A DNA stretch of 64,000 nt. It comes from an uncultured Candidatus Saccharibacteria bacterium. Lineage in GTDB: Bacteria; Patescibacteriota; Saccharimonadia; CAZBQI01. The DNA lies in contig CAZBQI010000005.1 in the NCBI GenBank assembly GCA_964494105.1, positions 10,646-74,645 on the forward strand, written 5' to 3'. Made by a program: the position numbers and the translations under genes. A model generated the notes under the pieces. It saw nothing but the letters and a program-made list of their open reading frames with translations. It searched no databases and had not been told where the DNA came from. Shown here one piece after another: positions 49,869 to 60,133 of this stretch (the stretch's first letter is position 1; each line of letters starts with the position of its first letter).

Positions 49869-50996
49869 ATGGAAACAATTAACATCAACGAAAACCAAAA
49901 CGACCTAGAAGACATAAAAATCGAGCAACCAAGTCCGGTTGACGAGCCACAACCCAAAGGCAAATTCAAGCGCCTTTTTAATTGGATGCGCGAACACAAA
50001 ATCAAAACTTTACTAATTGCACTAACGTTTATCGCTGCCTGCTCAGTGGCCGGGTACTTTTATTGGAAAAACCATCAGCCGATTAATCAGCCCAGCAAGT
50101 ACAATGGCAAAGTTAAAACAACTGTGCCATCACCACTTACCGGTTTAGAGGTAAGCAAAGAAGAAGCGAAACGCCCCGTAACTGGCATAATGATTGAAAA
50201 TTCACCCGATGCGCGCCCGCAATCTGGATTGCAAGCAGCCGGTATTGTGTTCGAAGCAGTAGCCGAAGGTGGCATTACGCGCTTCTTAGCGTTGTTCCAA
50301 GAATCTCGACCCACAATTGTAGGTCCAGTGCGCTCTGTTCGACCATATTACGCTGATTGGGCTGCTGGTTTTGATGCAAGTTTTGCCCACGTTGGCGGAT
50401 CTCAAGATGGGCTTAGTCGTATTAAGCAAAACGGCCTGCTAGATCTTGATCAGTTCTATAATGCCGGAGCTTATTGGCGAGCTACCGATCGCTACGCACC
50501 CCACAACGTTTATACCAACTTCGACCGTATGGATGCCCTAAACAAGCAAAAAGGCAAGAACGACAGTAAATTTACAGCTTATGAACGAAAGAAAGACACC
50601 CCAATAGTGCCGCCAACTGCTACCACCTTGAGTTTCGATTTTTCGGGACCGTTATTTGCTGTGCAGTGGAAGTATGATCAACCAACCAATAGCTACCTGC
50701 GATTCTTGGCTGGAGCACCACAAGTTGATCGAGAATCAAACAAACAGCTTAACAGTAAAAACGTTGTGTTAATCAATATGCCAACAACCTACAGCGGGCA
50801 ATACGCTGTAATGCCTTCAGTAGGTAGTGGCACGGCTGTTGTATTTCGCGATGGCACCACCATTAAAGGCACCTGGAATAAGCCCGCCGCTAAAGACCAA
50901 CTCCAATTAAATGACGAAGCCGGTAAGCCCATACCTCTCAACAAGGGCAATACTTGGTTTGAGATTGTTCCAGTTGGCCGAGCTGTCACGTTCTAG
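49869..50996 (+). CDS. DUF3048 (YerB-like) membrane-anchored protein
   Basis: MIENSPDARPQSGL, EGGITRF, GPVRSVR, APHNVY. Confidence 0.9.
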   Translation: METININENQNDLEDIKIEQPSPVDEPQPKGKFKRLFNWMREHKIKTLLIALTFIAACSVAGYFYWKNHQPINQPSKYNGKVKTTVPSPLTGLEVSKEEAKRPVTGIMIENSPDARPQSGLQAAGIVFEAVAEGGITRFLALFQESRPTIVGPVRSVRPYYADWAAGFDASFAHVGGSQDGLSRIKQNGLLDLDQFYNAGAYWRATDRYAPHNVYTNFDRMDALNKQKGKNDSKFTAYERKKDTPIVPPTATTLSFDFSGPLFAVQWKYDQPTNSYLRFLAGAPQVDRESNKQLNSKNVVLINMPTTYSGQYAVMPSVGSGTAVVFRDGTTIKGTWNKPAAKDQLQLNDEAGKPIPLNKGNTWFEIVPVGRAVTF

Positions 50997-51038
50997 CACA
51001 AGCTTTATAGATATGGTTAATTCGTATATTCTAGTTCT

Positions 51039-52571
51039 ATGAAAGAGCTTAAGGTTTTTCGGCGCAATTTCTTCGCCGTACTGTTGTTTTCACAATTACT
51101 ACCTTTAGCATTGGCCGTTGCTATTTACTTTGGATTATCGCAATACACTAATGCCCAAACGACAATCGCCATTAATACTGCTCTAGCAACAGGTCTACTG
51201 GCTGGTCTCGTTATTGTATTTTTGTTGTTTAATATTTACACCGCGGCAATCGGTCGCTTATATAGACATGTTGATGAACTTAAAAATCGCAACCTCGAAT
51301 ATCGGACGGCTTTTCACCGAAAGGGACTGTACGGCGCCTTCGCTGACCGCCTAAACTGGCTTAGTGATCGCTTTCAACAATACGATTCCTCGTCCAAAGC
51401 AGAAAGCGATGTGCTAGTTGCAGAAACCCAAAGATTGCGAGCAGTGCTGAATTCAATCAAAGACGGGATTTTGGCTTTAGATAAAAACGGCTGTATTGTG
51501 CTTTTCAATAAGGCTGCAGAGAGCATTTCAGGCTTTAGCGTAGCTCAGGCAGCCGGGAAACCATTTAACCATATACTGCCTATGATGAAGGGTAATTCGC
51601 TAGTTGTGAGCCAGTGGTTACAAACAGTAGAGGACAGAGCTTACAAAGAACAGCACTGGGAAAACGTTCGGCTAAAAACATCGAAAGGTGTACAAAAAAC
51701 AGTTAACATCGATGCACTATACCAAGGCTCTGATCCAAACGGCATTAGGACCCTCATCACCTTTAATGATCGCACCGAGGCACAACAGGTAGAGGATATG
51801 AAGCTCGACTTTATTGCATTAGCCGCCCACGAACTAAGAACGCCAATCACCGTCATTAAAGGCTATGTGGAAATACTAGAAAACGAGCTTAAGAGCGAAC
51901 TCAATGGCTCACAAAAAGAAGACTTAAAAAGACTAAGCATATCAGCTAATCAGTTGTCTTCAATAATTAATAATATCCTTCACGTTTCTAGAATTGAACA
52001 TGGCAACCTAAGCTTAAAGCTGGAATCGACCGACTGGATAGAACTATTTCGCTCAATTGCACAGAATATCGCAACAAAAGCTCAGTCAACCAACAAAAAA
52101 ATTGTCCTCAGAATTAACGGCAAGATTCCTGCCGTTAGCGTTGATCGCATGAGTATTGCAGAAGTGGTTACCAATTTGCTCGATAATGCGCTGAAATATA
52201 GTCCCGAAAACTCAACCGTAACCGTGACCATCGGCGTCAATAATTCTATGATCGAGACGCTAATTACAGACAGGGGAGCCGGCATTCCTGAAAACGACCT
52301 AGACAAGTTATTCGTAAAGTTTTTTCGCTCACACCATACGCGAAGTTCGCATGCAGGAACCGGGCTTGGACTTTACATGTGTAAGGGGATTATTGAGGCT
52401 CACGGTGGAAGCATCTGGGTTAGTTCTAAGCAGGGCGAAGGCTCGACATTCGGCTTCAGTTTGCCCATTTCTAACAAGGTTAATGCCGGTGCTGAATCGA
52501 AAGATAGTACAATAAAAATTATGAAAGGTGTTCATGGATGGATCAAAAACCATTCTCTTTATCGAGGATGA
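51039..52571 (+). CDS. PAS-domain sensor histidine kinase
   Basis: 2 TM, PAS, AHELRTP, NLLDNALKY, D.GAGI, GTGLGL. Confidence 0.95.
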   Translation: MKELKVFRRNFFAVLLFSQLLPLALAVAIYFGLSQYTNAQTTIAINTALATGLLAGLVIVFLLFNIYTAAIGRLYRHVDELKNRNLEYRTAFHRKGLYGAFADRLNWLSDRFQQYDSSSKAESDVLVAETQRLRAVLNSIKDGILALDKNGCIVLFNKAAESISGFSVAQAAGKPFNHILPMMKGNSLVVSQWLQTVEDRAYKEQHWENVRLKTSKGVQKTVNIDALYQGSDPNGIRTLITFNDRTEAQQVEDMKLDFIALAAHELRTPITVIKGYVEILENELKSELNGSQKEDLKRLSISANQLSSIINNILHVSRIEHGNLSLKLESTDWIELFRSIAQNIATKAQSTNKKIVLRINGKIPAVSVDRMSIAEVVTNLLDNALKYSPENSTVTVTIGVNNSMIETLITDRGAGIPENDLDKLFVKFFRSHHTRSSHAGTGLGLYMCKGIIEAHGGSIWVSSKQGEGSTFGFSLPISNKVNAGAESKDSTIKIMKGVHGWIKNHSLYRG

Positions 52572-52914
52572 CCCGTTTATATCAGATATGTATACTCACG
52601 TACTGCGGAAGGCAGATTATGATGTCGATACAGCCCGCGATGGCCTAACAGGATATAAAAAAGCAACCAGTGGCACCTACAAACTTATTCTGTTGGACAT
52701 TATGATTCCCGATATCAACGGAATTGATTTGCTAGAAAAACTCAGGGGAGTAGACGGCCAAGGTCTACCCAACACAAAGATTGTGATATTAACAAATCTG
52801 GCACAAGACGACGAATCGCGCCGAGCTCTCGAAAATCAGGCTGACGGATACTTAATTAAGGCCGACATTACCCCGAATAAGTTGGTAGAGCTTGTAAAGC
52901 AAATTATTGGCTAA
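52534..52914 (+). CDS. Single-domain response regulator (receiver only)
   Basis: IEDD, LLDIMIP, LTN, K; no output domain. Confidence 0.92.
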   Translation: MDGSKTILFIEDDPFISDMYTHVLRKADYDVDTARDGLTGYKKATSGTYKLILLDIMIPDINGIDLLEKLRGVDGQGLPNTKIVILTNLAQDDESRRALENQADGYLIKADITPNKLVELVKQIIG

Positions 52915-52976
52915 CCCCCAAAATAAATCAGCAATAACTAGTCCATCTTTTTGCTATAATTTACCAGAGTTAGCGT

Positions 52977-53053
52977 GGCCCCGTCGTCTAGCGGTTTAGG
53001 ACATCTGGTTCTCATCCAGAAGATCGCGGGTTCGAATCCCGCCGGGGTCACCA
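52977..53053 (+). tRNA. tRNA-Glu(CTC)
   Basis: Anticodon arm TCTGG-TTCTCAT-CCAGA; GTTCGAATC; CCA end. Confidence 0.96.
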
Positions 53054-53114
53054 ACCAAATTTATTGCATTTCATCTGTAAAATCGTCATACTGAAATAGT
53101 AAAACATAAGAGAC

Positions 53115-54887
53115 ATGCTACCCGTACAAACTAAAGCTTATAAGATATTAAACTATGCTATTTTAGCCGCCAGCGCGCTAATTGCTTTAATTTATTTTGT
53201 ACTGCTTTATAGCAGAATACTGGGCACAGATGAATTTTTAGGCACATCAGCTACTACTACCGCCATAGCCCTAGTAAACGTCGCCTACATTCTAGTGATA
53301 TACCCATTTTTGAGTAAAAAATCAGAAATTGCCGCCTCACTTATCGGGTGCAGTATTTTTGCGGTCAACCTAGTAATCCTATTGCTGGCTACTGGCGGTT
53401 TTGGTTCGCCGTTTTACGCAGCTTGGCTTTTACTAATCTTAGCAGTCGGTATTTATCGACCTAGCGTGCCAATTGCACTCCTTGTTGCCACAACGATCTA
53501 CTTCGTCGGAATTGCAGCTAGTGCCGAATTCAAGCCGGAATTCTTTACCCAGACAATTATCTCACTCATTACCACCTATATTGCCGGTGCGCTAGGCTTC
53601 TGGCTGTGGCATACTCAACACACAAAGCTACGTCAGCAAGACAAAGTTACAGAGCTAACTCACGAACTAACACGGGAGCAACTTCAATCTGAAATACTCC
53701 TACATAGTATTGGTGATGGCGTAATAGTGACCGACACAAACGGTACGGTTAAGCTATTAAATCCGGCCGGAGAAAGCATTACCGGCTGGAGCGAAAATGA
53801 AGCTAAATCTATTGATTACTCGGTGGTAATGCCCTTAAGTAGCGAAGATGGCAGTCCGCTAAATGAAGGTGACCCAGCTAAACTAGCCATTAACAAAAAA
53901 CAGAGCATCACCCGTACAGACATTGTGCTGAATAACAAGTCAGGCAAAAAACTTGGTCTTTCTCTAATAGCATCACCCGTATTCAACGAAGCTAGATCGG
54001 TTACTGGGGTCGTTATGGTTTTTCGTGATATAAGTGAGAGCAAAACAAACGAAAGACAACGAGATGAATTTATTTCTACAGCCAGCCATGAAATGCGTAC
54101 TCCAGTAGCAGCTATCGATGGCTATATTTCTTTGGCGTTAAACGAAAAAGTAGCCAATATCGACGACAAAGCCAGAAACTATCTGGTTAAGGCCAGAGAT
54201 ACGACCCATCATTTAGGGAAACTATTCCAGGACCTACTATCAACAACAAAACTAGAAGAAGGCAAGCTACCAAACCATCCTGAGATTTTTGATCTTAGCA
54301 GTTTGGCTCAAGTAACGGTTGATGAACTGAAATTTAAAGCAGAGAAGAAAAGAGTGTCAATTGCCATTATTAGTCGACACGAGCACGGTGATACGCGGAG
54401 TATTCAGCCACTTTATTATGTGAATGCCGATCCGGAGCGTATTAGGGAAGTCCTGAGCAACCTCATTGATAACGCAATAAAGTTCAGTCAAAAGGGCGAA
54501 GTGACAATCACCATGAATAACGACGAAAAAAACGTTATTGTTGGTATACACGATACCGGTATTGGCATTGCAAAAGAAGATTTACCACATCTTTTTCAGA
54601 AATTCTATCGAATAGATAATACAAAAACTCGCTCAATTGGTGGTACCGGGCTTGGTTTGTACCTTTGTCGAACGATAGTTGAGCTAGCCGGTGGCCGAAT
54701 GTGGGCCGAAAGCAAACTAGATGAAGGTAGTCATTTCTACTTCAGCTTGCCACGCGTAGCTAGTACCGATGCGCTGGTTATGCGGGCCAAACAAAAGAGT
54801 GGCGCTCATGAAATCATTAGGAAAACACTAATTCCCACTAGCGCAAATACTCCTGTTGCGTCTAGCATAAGCGATAAAGTAAAATGA
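53115..54887 (+). CDS. Multi-TM PAS sensor histidine kinase
   Basis: 5-6 TM, PAS, SHEMRTP, NLIDNAIKF, DTGIGI, GTGLGL. Confidence 0.95.
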   Translation: MLPVQTKAYKILNYAILAASALIALIYFVLLYSRILGTDEFLGTSATTTAIALVNVAYILVIYPFLSKKSEIAASLIGCSIFAVNLVILLLATGGFGSPFYAAWLLLILAVGIYRPSVPIALLVATTIYFVGIAASAEFKPEFFTQTIISLITTYIAGALGFWLWHTQHTKLRQQDKVTELTHELTREQLQSEILLHSIGDGVIVTDTNGTVKLLNPAGESITGWSENEAKSIDYSVVMPLSSEDGSPLNEGDPAKLAINKKQSITRTDIVLNNKSGKKLGLSLIASPVFNEARSVTGVVMVFRDISESKTNERQRDEFISTASHEMRTPVAAIDGYISLALNEKVANIDDKARNYLVKARDTTHHLGKLFQDLLSTTKLEEGKLPNHPEIFDLSSLAQVTVDELKFKAEKKRVSIAIISRHEHGDTRSIQPLYYVNADPERIREVLSNLIDNAIKFSQKGEVTITMNNDEKNVIVGIHDTGIGIAKEDLPHLFQKFYRIDNTKTRSIGGTGLGLYLCRTIVELAGGRMWAESKLDEGSHFYFSLPRVASTDALVMRAKQKSGAHEIIRKTLIPTSANTPVASSISDKVK

Positions 54888-55462
54888 CTACAACAGGCAA
54901 TAGAAACGAGACACGAATGACTACAATTTTACTGGTTGAGGATGACATCAACCTTCGAGAGATATATGCAGCCAGGCTAGAGGCTGAAGATTATAAGGTG
55001 GTGGTGGCGTCTGACGGCGAAGAAGCGCTAGCAAAAAGCATCAAAGAAAAACCAGCTCTTATTTTGCTCGACGTCATGATGCCAAAAATAAGTGGTTTTG
55101 ACGTACTAGATATTATTCGATCGACGCCAGAAACACGGAGCGTAAAAGTCATTATGCTAACAGCCCTAAGTCAGTCAAGTGATAAAGCCAGGGGCGAAAG
55201 ACTAGGGGTTAATAAATACTTGGTTAAGTCTCAAATAACTCTCGAAGACGTTGTTGACTCGGTCAAAAATATCTTGAACGAATCTCAACAATCTGGCAAA
55301 ACAAAAACCAAATCTACCAACGAGCCTTCCGAAAGCGAGCAAATCGAGGCAGCCGTTGCCTCGCTGTCTAGCGAGCAAGCAAACACGTCAATTAACAGCA
55401 AGCGTGAATACATTAAGCCATCCGAAGAAAACCAGGATTCCACAGAAGATAGTGAGGATTAA
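54884..55462 (+). CDS. Response regulator receiver with acidic disordered tail (start may be 54917)
   Basis: VEDD, LLDVMMP, LTA, K; S/E-rich C-terminus. Confidence 0.9.
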   Translation: MTTTGNRNETRMTTILLVEDDINLREIYAARLEAEDYKVVVASDGEEALAKSIKEKPALILLDVMMPKISGFDVLDIIRSTPETRSVKVIMLTALSQSSDKARGERLGVNKYLVKSQITLEDVVDSVKNILNESQQSGKTKTKSTNEPSESEQIEAAVASLSSEQANTSINSKREYIKPSEENQDSTEDSED

Positions 55463-56132
55463 TCAATACTTGGCCCAGGCGATAGGAGTGTCGCGCCGTG
55501 AAGGTGATGATTTAGTAGCTGCCGAGGTTGTTACAGTCAATGGCTCTATTGCATTACTTGGTGCACGAGTAGAAAGTGCCGATAAAGTGGAGGTGCGTGG
55601 CAAATTAGTAGAACCGCGCCCCTACACCTATGTGCTACTTAATAAACCTAAAGGTTATGTGTGTAGTCGAGCACAACAGGGAGACACACCAACCATATAC
55701 AAACTGCTACCAAACGAGTTACGCCACTTAAAGCCCGTTGGTCGACTAGATAAAGATACTAGTGGGCTAATCCTTATGACCAATGACGGCCAGCTAGCCA
55801 ACAAGCTTACACACCCATCGAATGAAAAAATGAAAATTTACATTGCAAAGCTTGACCGCGAATTAAATGAAGGCGACCTAAGAACTCTGAACAGTGGCAT
55901 TCAGCTTGATGACGGCACCAGCAAGCTGCAGGTAGAAAAGCGAAGGAGTAGCGAATATAAAATCACGATGCACGAGGGTCGTAACCGCCAAATTCGGCGA
56001 ACCTTCCGACAGCTTGGCTACGAGGTAATCGCGTTGGAGCGCATTGAATTTGCTGGACTAACCATGAAAAACCTGGGCAACCAGTCATACGTAAAATTAA
56101 GCGACAACGTCTTCAAAGAACGCAGCATGTAG
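55452..56132 (+). CDS. RsuA/RluB-family rRNA pseudouridine synthase
   Basis: S4 domain, NKPKG, GRLDKDTSGL, EGRNRQIRR; GTG start 55452. Confidence 0.93.
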   Translation: MRINQYLAQAIGVSRREGDDLVAAEVVTVNGSIALLGARVESADKVEVRGKLVEPRPYTYVLLNKPKGYVCSRAQQGDTPTIYKLLPNELRHLKPVGRLDKDTSGLILMTNDGQLANKLTHPSNEKMKIYIAKLDRELNEGDLRTLNSGIQLDDGTSKLQVEKRRSSEYKITMHEGRNRQIRRTFRQLGYEVIALERIEFAGLTMKNLGNQSYVKLSDNVFKERSM

Positions 56133-57458
56133 TGCGCGTTCGGCCTGCTCAACTTCATCCGCTGGCACAATATAGGTATCTTCCGGGCTCATTGGATCAG
56201 AATTAGGAGAGGCAAAACTTACATTCGCCTGATACAAGGCATGTGTAGCACGCATTGCAACTTCGGTACGATTTTTGATAATTTCATTTCCAACCACCCG
56301 AACCGACCCATATTTATCAAAATCTACACGAGCAATCTTTGGATTTGCCTCCTTAATTGCTCCACGTGCCTCTTCAACTGCGACATCAAATGCTACGCGC
56401 CCAGCACCAACACTACCCTCTGGCGGAGTAACAAAAACAGTGAAAGAGTCCGTGCCGCCACTGGTTCCTTCAAGGTGATATCCTCGCTCCTTAAGTGCAG
56501 ACAGTGCGGAAGCTACAGTTCCTTCGTCGTAATCTAGCCCTGGGTAATGCGACGAGAGTCCCCATAAATCACCCCTACCGGCGACACCTAATGCTATGTC
56601 GCCATTTTTGGTTTGCCTTGAGTCGCTCGTAATAACTGTGCCAGGCTCAGTAGATTCATTGAATGTGTTGTATATGTGTGTATCAACACCCGAGCGACTA
56701 AGATGCAGGACAGCCGAAGGATGTATAACAGTAGCCCCTCCCACGCCCAGTGCGCGCTGTTCACGGTAGTCCAGAGTTCTAACTTGCCTAGCTACAGGAA
56801 CAATACTTGGATTTGCAGTATGAACTCCATCTACGTCAGTATAATTTAAATGCAAAACTGCATTTGGATCGTAACGGGCGACAACTGCCGCCGTGATGTC
56901 TGATCCGCCCCGAGGAAATACCTTGATTTCACCTTCGCGGTTAGCGCCATAATAGCCAGCATACACTACGGGCCCAGCTACTGAACCTCTTATACGTCTT
57001 TCATGTTGAACTGCCGCACGCGTCGCTACTTCATCAAGATTACCGAAACGATCAAAAGTGATAATATCAGCAATTTCCTGGTAGGCAAAGCCATTATTTT
57101 CTGCAAACATCCTAGCACTGTAGTGTTCACCACGCGACATTAAATATGGCCTAGGTAGGTATGTGTTTTTCAGGTCTTGCTCTAGCTCAGCCAGCAGTGC
57201 AGTAGAGCCTAAAACCGCGAATCGCTCTAATATTTGACCTTTGATTTCGGTAGTATCACGCCCAAATTCGCGTGCTAAGCCAAAATCGGATAGCAAATCT
57301 GTTACTTTACGTGAGCCATCTGGTAACTTGCCAGGAGCTGACACAACAATAGCCAGATCATCTGCATGCGGTAAATCACGCTCTAAATGGCCTACAAACT
57401 GCCCAATCGATTCAGGGCTAGCCATAGTCGTGCCGCCAGCTTTTGCAACAACAGTCAT
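56097..57458 (-). CDS. lysC: Aspartate kinase
   Basis: KAGGTT, VVSAPG, SRGE, RGGSDITAA, TDVDGV.TANP, two ACT-like domains; GGAGG RBS. Confidence 0.85.
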   Translation of the reverse strand: MTVVAKAGGTTMASPESIGQFVGHLERDLPHADDLAIVVSAPGKLPDGSRKVTDLLSDFGLAREFGRDTTEIKGQILERFAVLGSTALLAELEQDLKNTYLPRPYLMSRGEHYSARMFAENNGFAYQEIADIITFDRFGNLDEVATRAAVQHERRIRGSVAGPVVYAGYYGANREGEIKVFPRGGSDITAAVVARYDPNAVLHLNYTDVDGVHTANPSIVPVARQVRTLDYREQRALGVGGATVIHPSAVLHLSRSGVDTHIYNTFNESTEPGTVITSDSRQTKNGDIALGVAGRGDLWGLSSHYPGLDYDEGTVASALSALKERGYHLEGTSGGTDSFTVFVTPPEGSVGAGRVAFDVAVEEARGAIKEANPKIARVDFDKYGSVRVVGNEIIKNRTEVAMRATHALYQANVSFASPNSDPMSPEDTYIVPADEVEQAERALHAAFFEDVVA

Positions 57459-57586
57459 TTATTAGCCTCCCGTATTTAATTAGTATTAGATAATCTTACC
57501 TAGATTTGTAAATTAGGCAATTATTTTGACTTTTTTGTTAAAATAGCGTACTATTTGATAAATATTTATATTCTCTTGAGGTAGTA

Positions 57587-58249
57587 TTGATAACAATTGC
57601 CGAAGCCATTGCTGATGACATAGAGCACTCGCCGTATCTGCAGGACGCGCTTTCGCGCCAACTAATAAACTTATCCGCGCTGGCCAGGGAAATGCGTCCT
57701 GGGATAGAGCAGAACCTGCTAAAGCCGGTATCGGAAACGGCAGTGTTTATGGCACTTAAGCGCTACAGTCAAAAGCTACAAGATCACCCCAAGAACAAGC
57801 AGTCGGTTAGTGAGTTTTTTGGTGATATTACAGTTAAATCTGACTTGTTTGAGCTGGTGATGGCAAATTCAAATACACTCCTGCCAAAAATTCAGGAAAT
57901 TACCAAGAAACTACTTGATTCTGACAGTGCCTACCTAACGCACACCTCAGGAAATCGCCACACAGCATTAATTGCCAACAATGCTTCAAGTAGTATGGTT
58001 AAAACGGCATTGGCAGGCGAGAAGATTACCGATGAGTTTAACAATCTGAGTGCCATAACCATCCATTTTGTTGGTAAATACATGGAAACTGCCGGACTAT
58101 ACGAATACCCGATTAAGCAGCTGGCTTGGGAGGGCGTAAGCATCGTAGAGGTAGTCTCGGCGTATAGCGAACTGACCTTAATTATTGAAAGTCGGGATGT
58201 TGATCGTGCATTTAGTATTCTGCACAAGGCGCTTGATCGACATGAATAA
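57587..58249 (+). CDS. ACT-domain putative amino-acid-responsive regulator
   Basis: Helical N-terminus (LINLSALAR..AVFMALKRY) and C-terminal ACT (LAWEGVSIVEVVS..SELT); GAGG RBS, TTG start. Confidence 0.75.
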   Translation: MITIAEAIADDIEHSPYLQDALSRQLINLSALAREMRPGIEQNLLKPVSETAVFMALKRYSQKLQDHPKNKQSVSEFFGDITVKSDLFELVMANSNTLLPKIQEITKKLLDSDSAYLTHTSGNRHTALIANNASSSMVKTALAGEKITDEFNNLSAITIHFVGKYMETAGLYEYPIKQLAWEGVSIVEVVSAYSELTLIIESRDVDRAFSILHKALDRHE

Positions 58250-59558
58250 GCAACCCATTGTAGCCATAATAGGCCGACCTAACGTCGGCAAAAGCAGTCT
58301 TTTCAATCGGCTGGTTGGCCAACGCCAGGCAATCGTATCGAACGTGGCTGGAACCACGCGTGATGCAGTGCGAAATATTGTGAACTACAAAGATACCAGC
58401 TTCTGGCTGGTAGACACGGCTGGGTTACAGAAAGCGACCGATCAAATAGTAGGGGACAGTGTCGCTCTAGCGGATGAAGCCATTGCCTCGGCTGACTTAA
58501 TATTAATGGTGATTGATGCTTCAAGCACCGTAGCCGAAGAAGACCGTCGCATCGCTAAGCGAGCCCTTAAATCCAGAAAACCGCTGATATTGGTTGTAAA
58601 TAAAATCGATGCCAATAAACGCAAAATGCCCCAAGAAGTAAAAAAGCTTGGTATAAAAACCACTATTGGAACGTCAGCAATTCATGGAGACGGCGCAGGG
58701 GAGTTGATAGAAGAAATAGCCGACCGCTTGCCTAAGCGCAAACCAGCCGAAGCCACGTCCCCTCATTGTATAGCACTGTTAGGTCGGCCTAACGTCGGTA
58801 AAAGCAGTATATTTAACGAATTTATTGATAAAAACAAAGCCGTAGTATCAGAGGTGGCTGGCACTACCCGCGACGTCAACGTCGCTATTAAACGTGTAAA
58901 CGGCGTAGACATTGAAATATCTGACACTGCTGGCGTGCGAAAACCGGGCAAGCGCAAAGATATCGAGCATTTTAGCTGGCTTCGCACCGTATATGCTATA
59001 AACAGCTGTGACGTGGCGATACTAGTGATCGATGCCACCGAGCCAAGCGTAGCCGTAGACCAAAAAGTTGCCGGGCTGGTTAAAGAAGCCGGCAAAGGAC
59101 TTATTATTGCCATCAATAAGTGGGACTTAGTAAAAAGCGAAGAGGGCATGCAGGCTTGGCTTGAACAGATTTTACAACGAGATTATCCCTTTGTGTGGTG
59201 GGCGCCACTTGTACTAACTAGCGCTCAATCGGGCCACAATATGACTAAGCTTATACAATTAGCTAACGAAATTATTGAGCGCCGTAGCCAACGAATTGCT
59301 ACCAAGGAGCTGAATAAAATCATTCAAACTGCTATGGCCAAACACCCTCCTAGCGGGTTAAAAAACCGCCATCCTAAGCTAAACTACGTTACTCAAACAG
59401 ATGTAAATCCGCCAGAGTTCACTCTCTTTGGTGCACATATTGAGTTTTTGCACTGGAGTTATAAACGCTACTTAGAAAGCCAGTTGCGAGAAGCCCGCAA
59501 CTTTAGTGGCACTGCCATCCGGCTTGTGTTTAAATCAAAATACAAGGAAAAAGCATGA
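58242..59558 (+). CDS. der: Ribosome biogenesis GTPase Der
   Basis: Two GRPNVGKS / GTTRD / DTAG / NKxD domains plus a KH-like C-terminus. Confidence 0.97.
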   Translation: MNKQPIVAIIGRPNVGKSSLFNRLVGQRQAIVSNVAGTTRDAVRNIVNYKDTSFWLVDTAGLQKATDQIVGDSVALADEAIASADLILMVIDASSTVAEEDRRIAKRALKSRKPLILVVNKIDANKRKMPQEVKKLGIKTTIGTSAIHGDGAGELIEEIADRLPKRKPAEATSPHCIALLGRPNVGKSSIFNEFIDKNKAVVSEVAGTTRDVNVAIKRVNGVDIEISDTAGVRKPGKRKDIEHFSWLRTVYAINSCDVAILVIDATEPSVAVDQKVAGLVKEAGKGLIIAINKWDLVKSEEGMQAWLEQILQRDYPFVWWAPLVLTSAQSGHNMTKLIQLANEIIERRSQRIATKELNKIIQTAMAKHPPSGLKNRHPKLNYVTQTDVNPPEFTLFGAHIEFLHWSYKRYLESQLREARNFSGTAIRLVFKSKYKEKA

Positions 59559-60133
59559 AATTAATAGTCGGCCTCGGCAATCCAAAAGATAAATATACCA
59601 AGAACCGACATAACCTCGGCTTTATGGCGCTTGACTACTTTGTTGAGCAAAACGAACTTGAAGCGTTCAAACAAGATGATAAATTTCATGCGGACGTTAG
59701 CGAATGCAACATTAATAGCACTAAAGTAATACTCGCAAAACCAAGAACATTTATGAATGCCAGTGGCGAGTCCGTAAGACTGTTAACTAAATTTTACAAG
59801 ATAAAAGCGGCTGATGTACTGGTCATCTACGACGAGTTAGCACTAGATTTTGGTTTAGTGCGAACCCGCGAAGAGGGCAGTAGTGCCGGACATAACGGGG
59901 TAGAATCGATCATCAAAATATTGGGTAAATCATTTAGTCGGGTGCGCGTGGGCATATCTAACGAACACGCCAAAAAGACAGAAGCTAGCGTTTTTGTACT
60001 GGCTGATTTCAGTAAAGACGAAGAAAGCCAGCTTCCAAAAATACTTGATTATGTTAACCAACTAGTACATGAGTTTATTTATAACGATAAGCTAGACGAA
60101 CACACTCACAATACCCTAGAAAATCTACTTTAA
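59555..60133 (+). CDS. pth: Peptidyl-tRNA hydrolase
   Basis: GLGNP, RHNLGF, KP.TFMN.SG, GHNG. Confidence 0.97.
   Translation: MKLIVGLGNPKDKYTKNRHNLGFMALDYFVEQNELEAFKQDDKFHADVSECNINSTKVILAKPRTFMNASGESVRLLTKFYKIKAADVLVIYDELALDFGLVRTREEGSSAGHNGVESIIKILGKSFSRVRVGISNEHAKKTEASVFVLADFSKDEESQLPKILDYVNQLVHEFIYNDKLDEHTHNTLENLL

Noticed and set aside
55356-55451. Extended start of the pseudouridine synthase
   Set aside because: It lies inside the upstream response regulator; S4-domain similarity starts at GTG 55452
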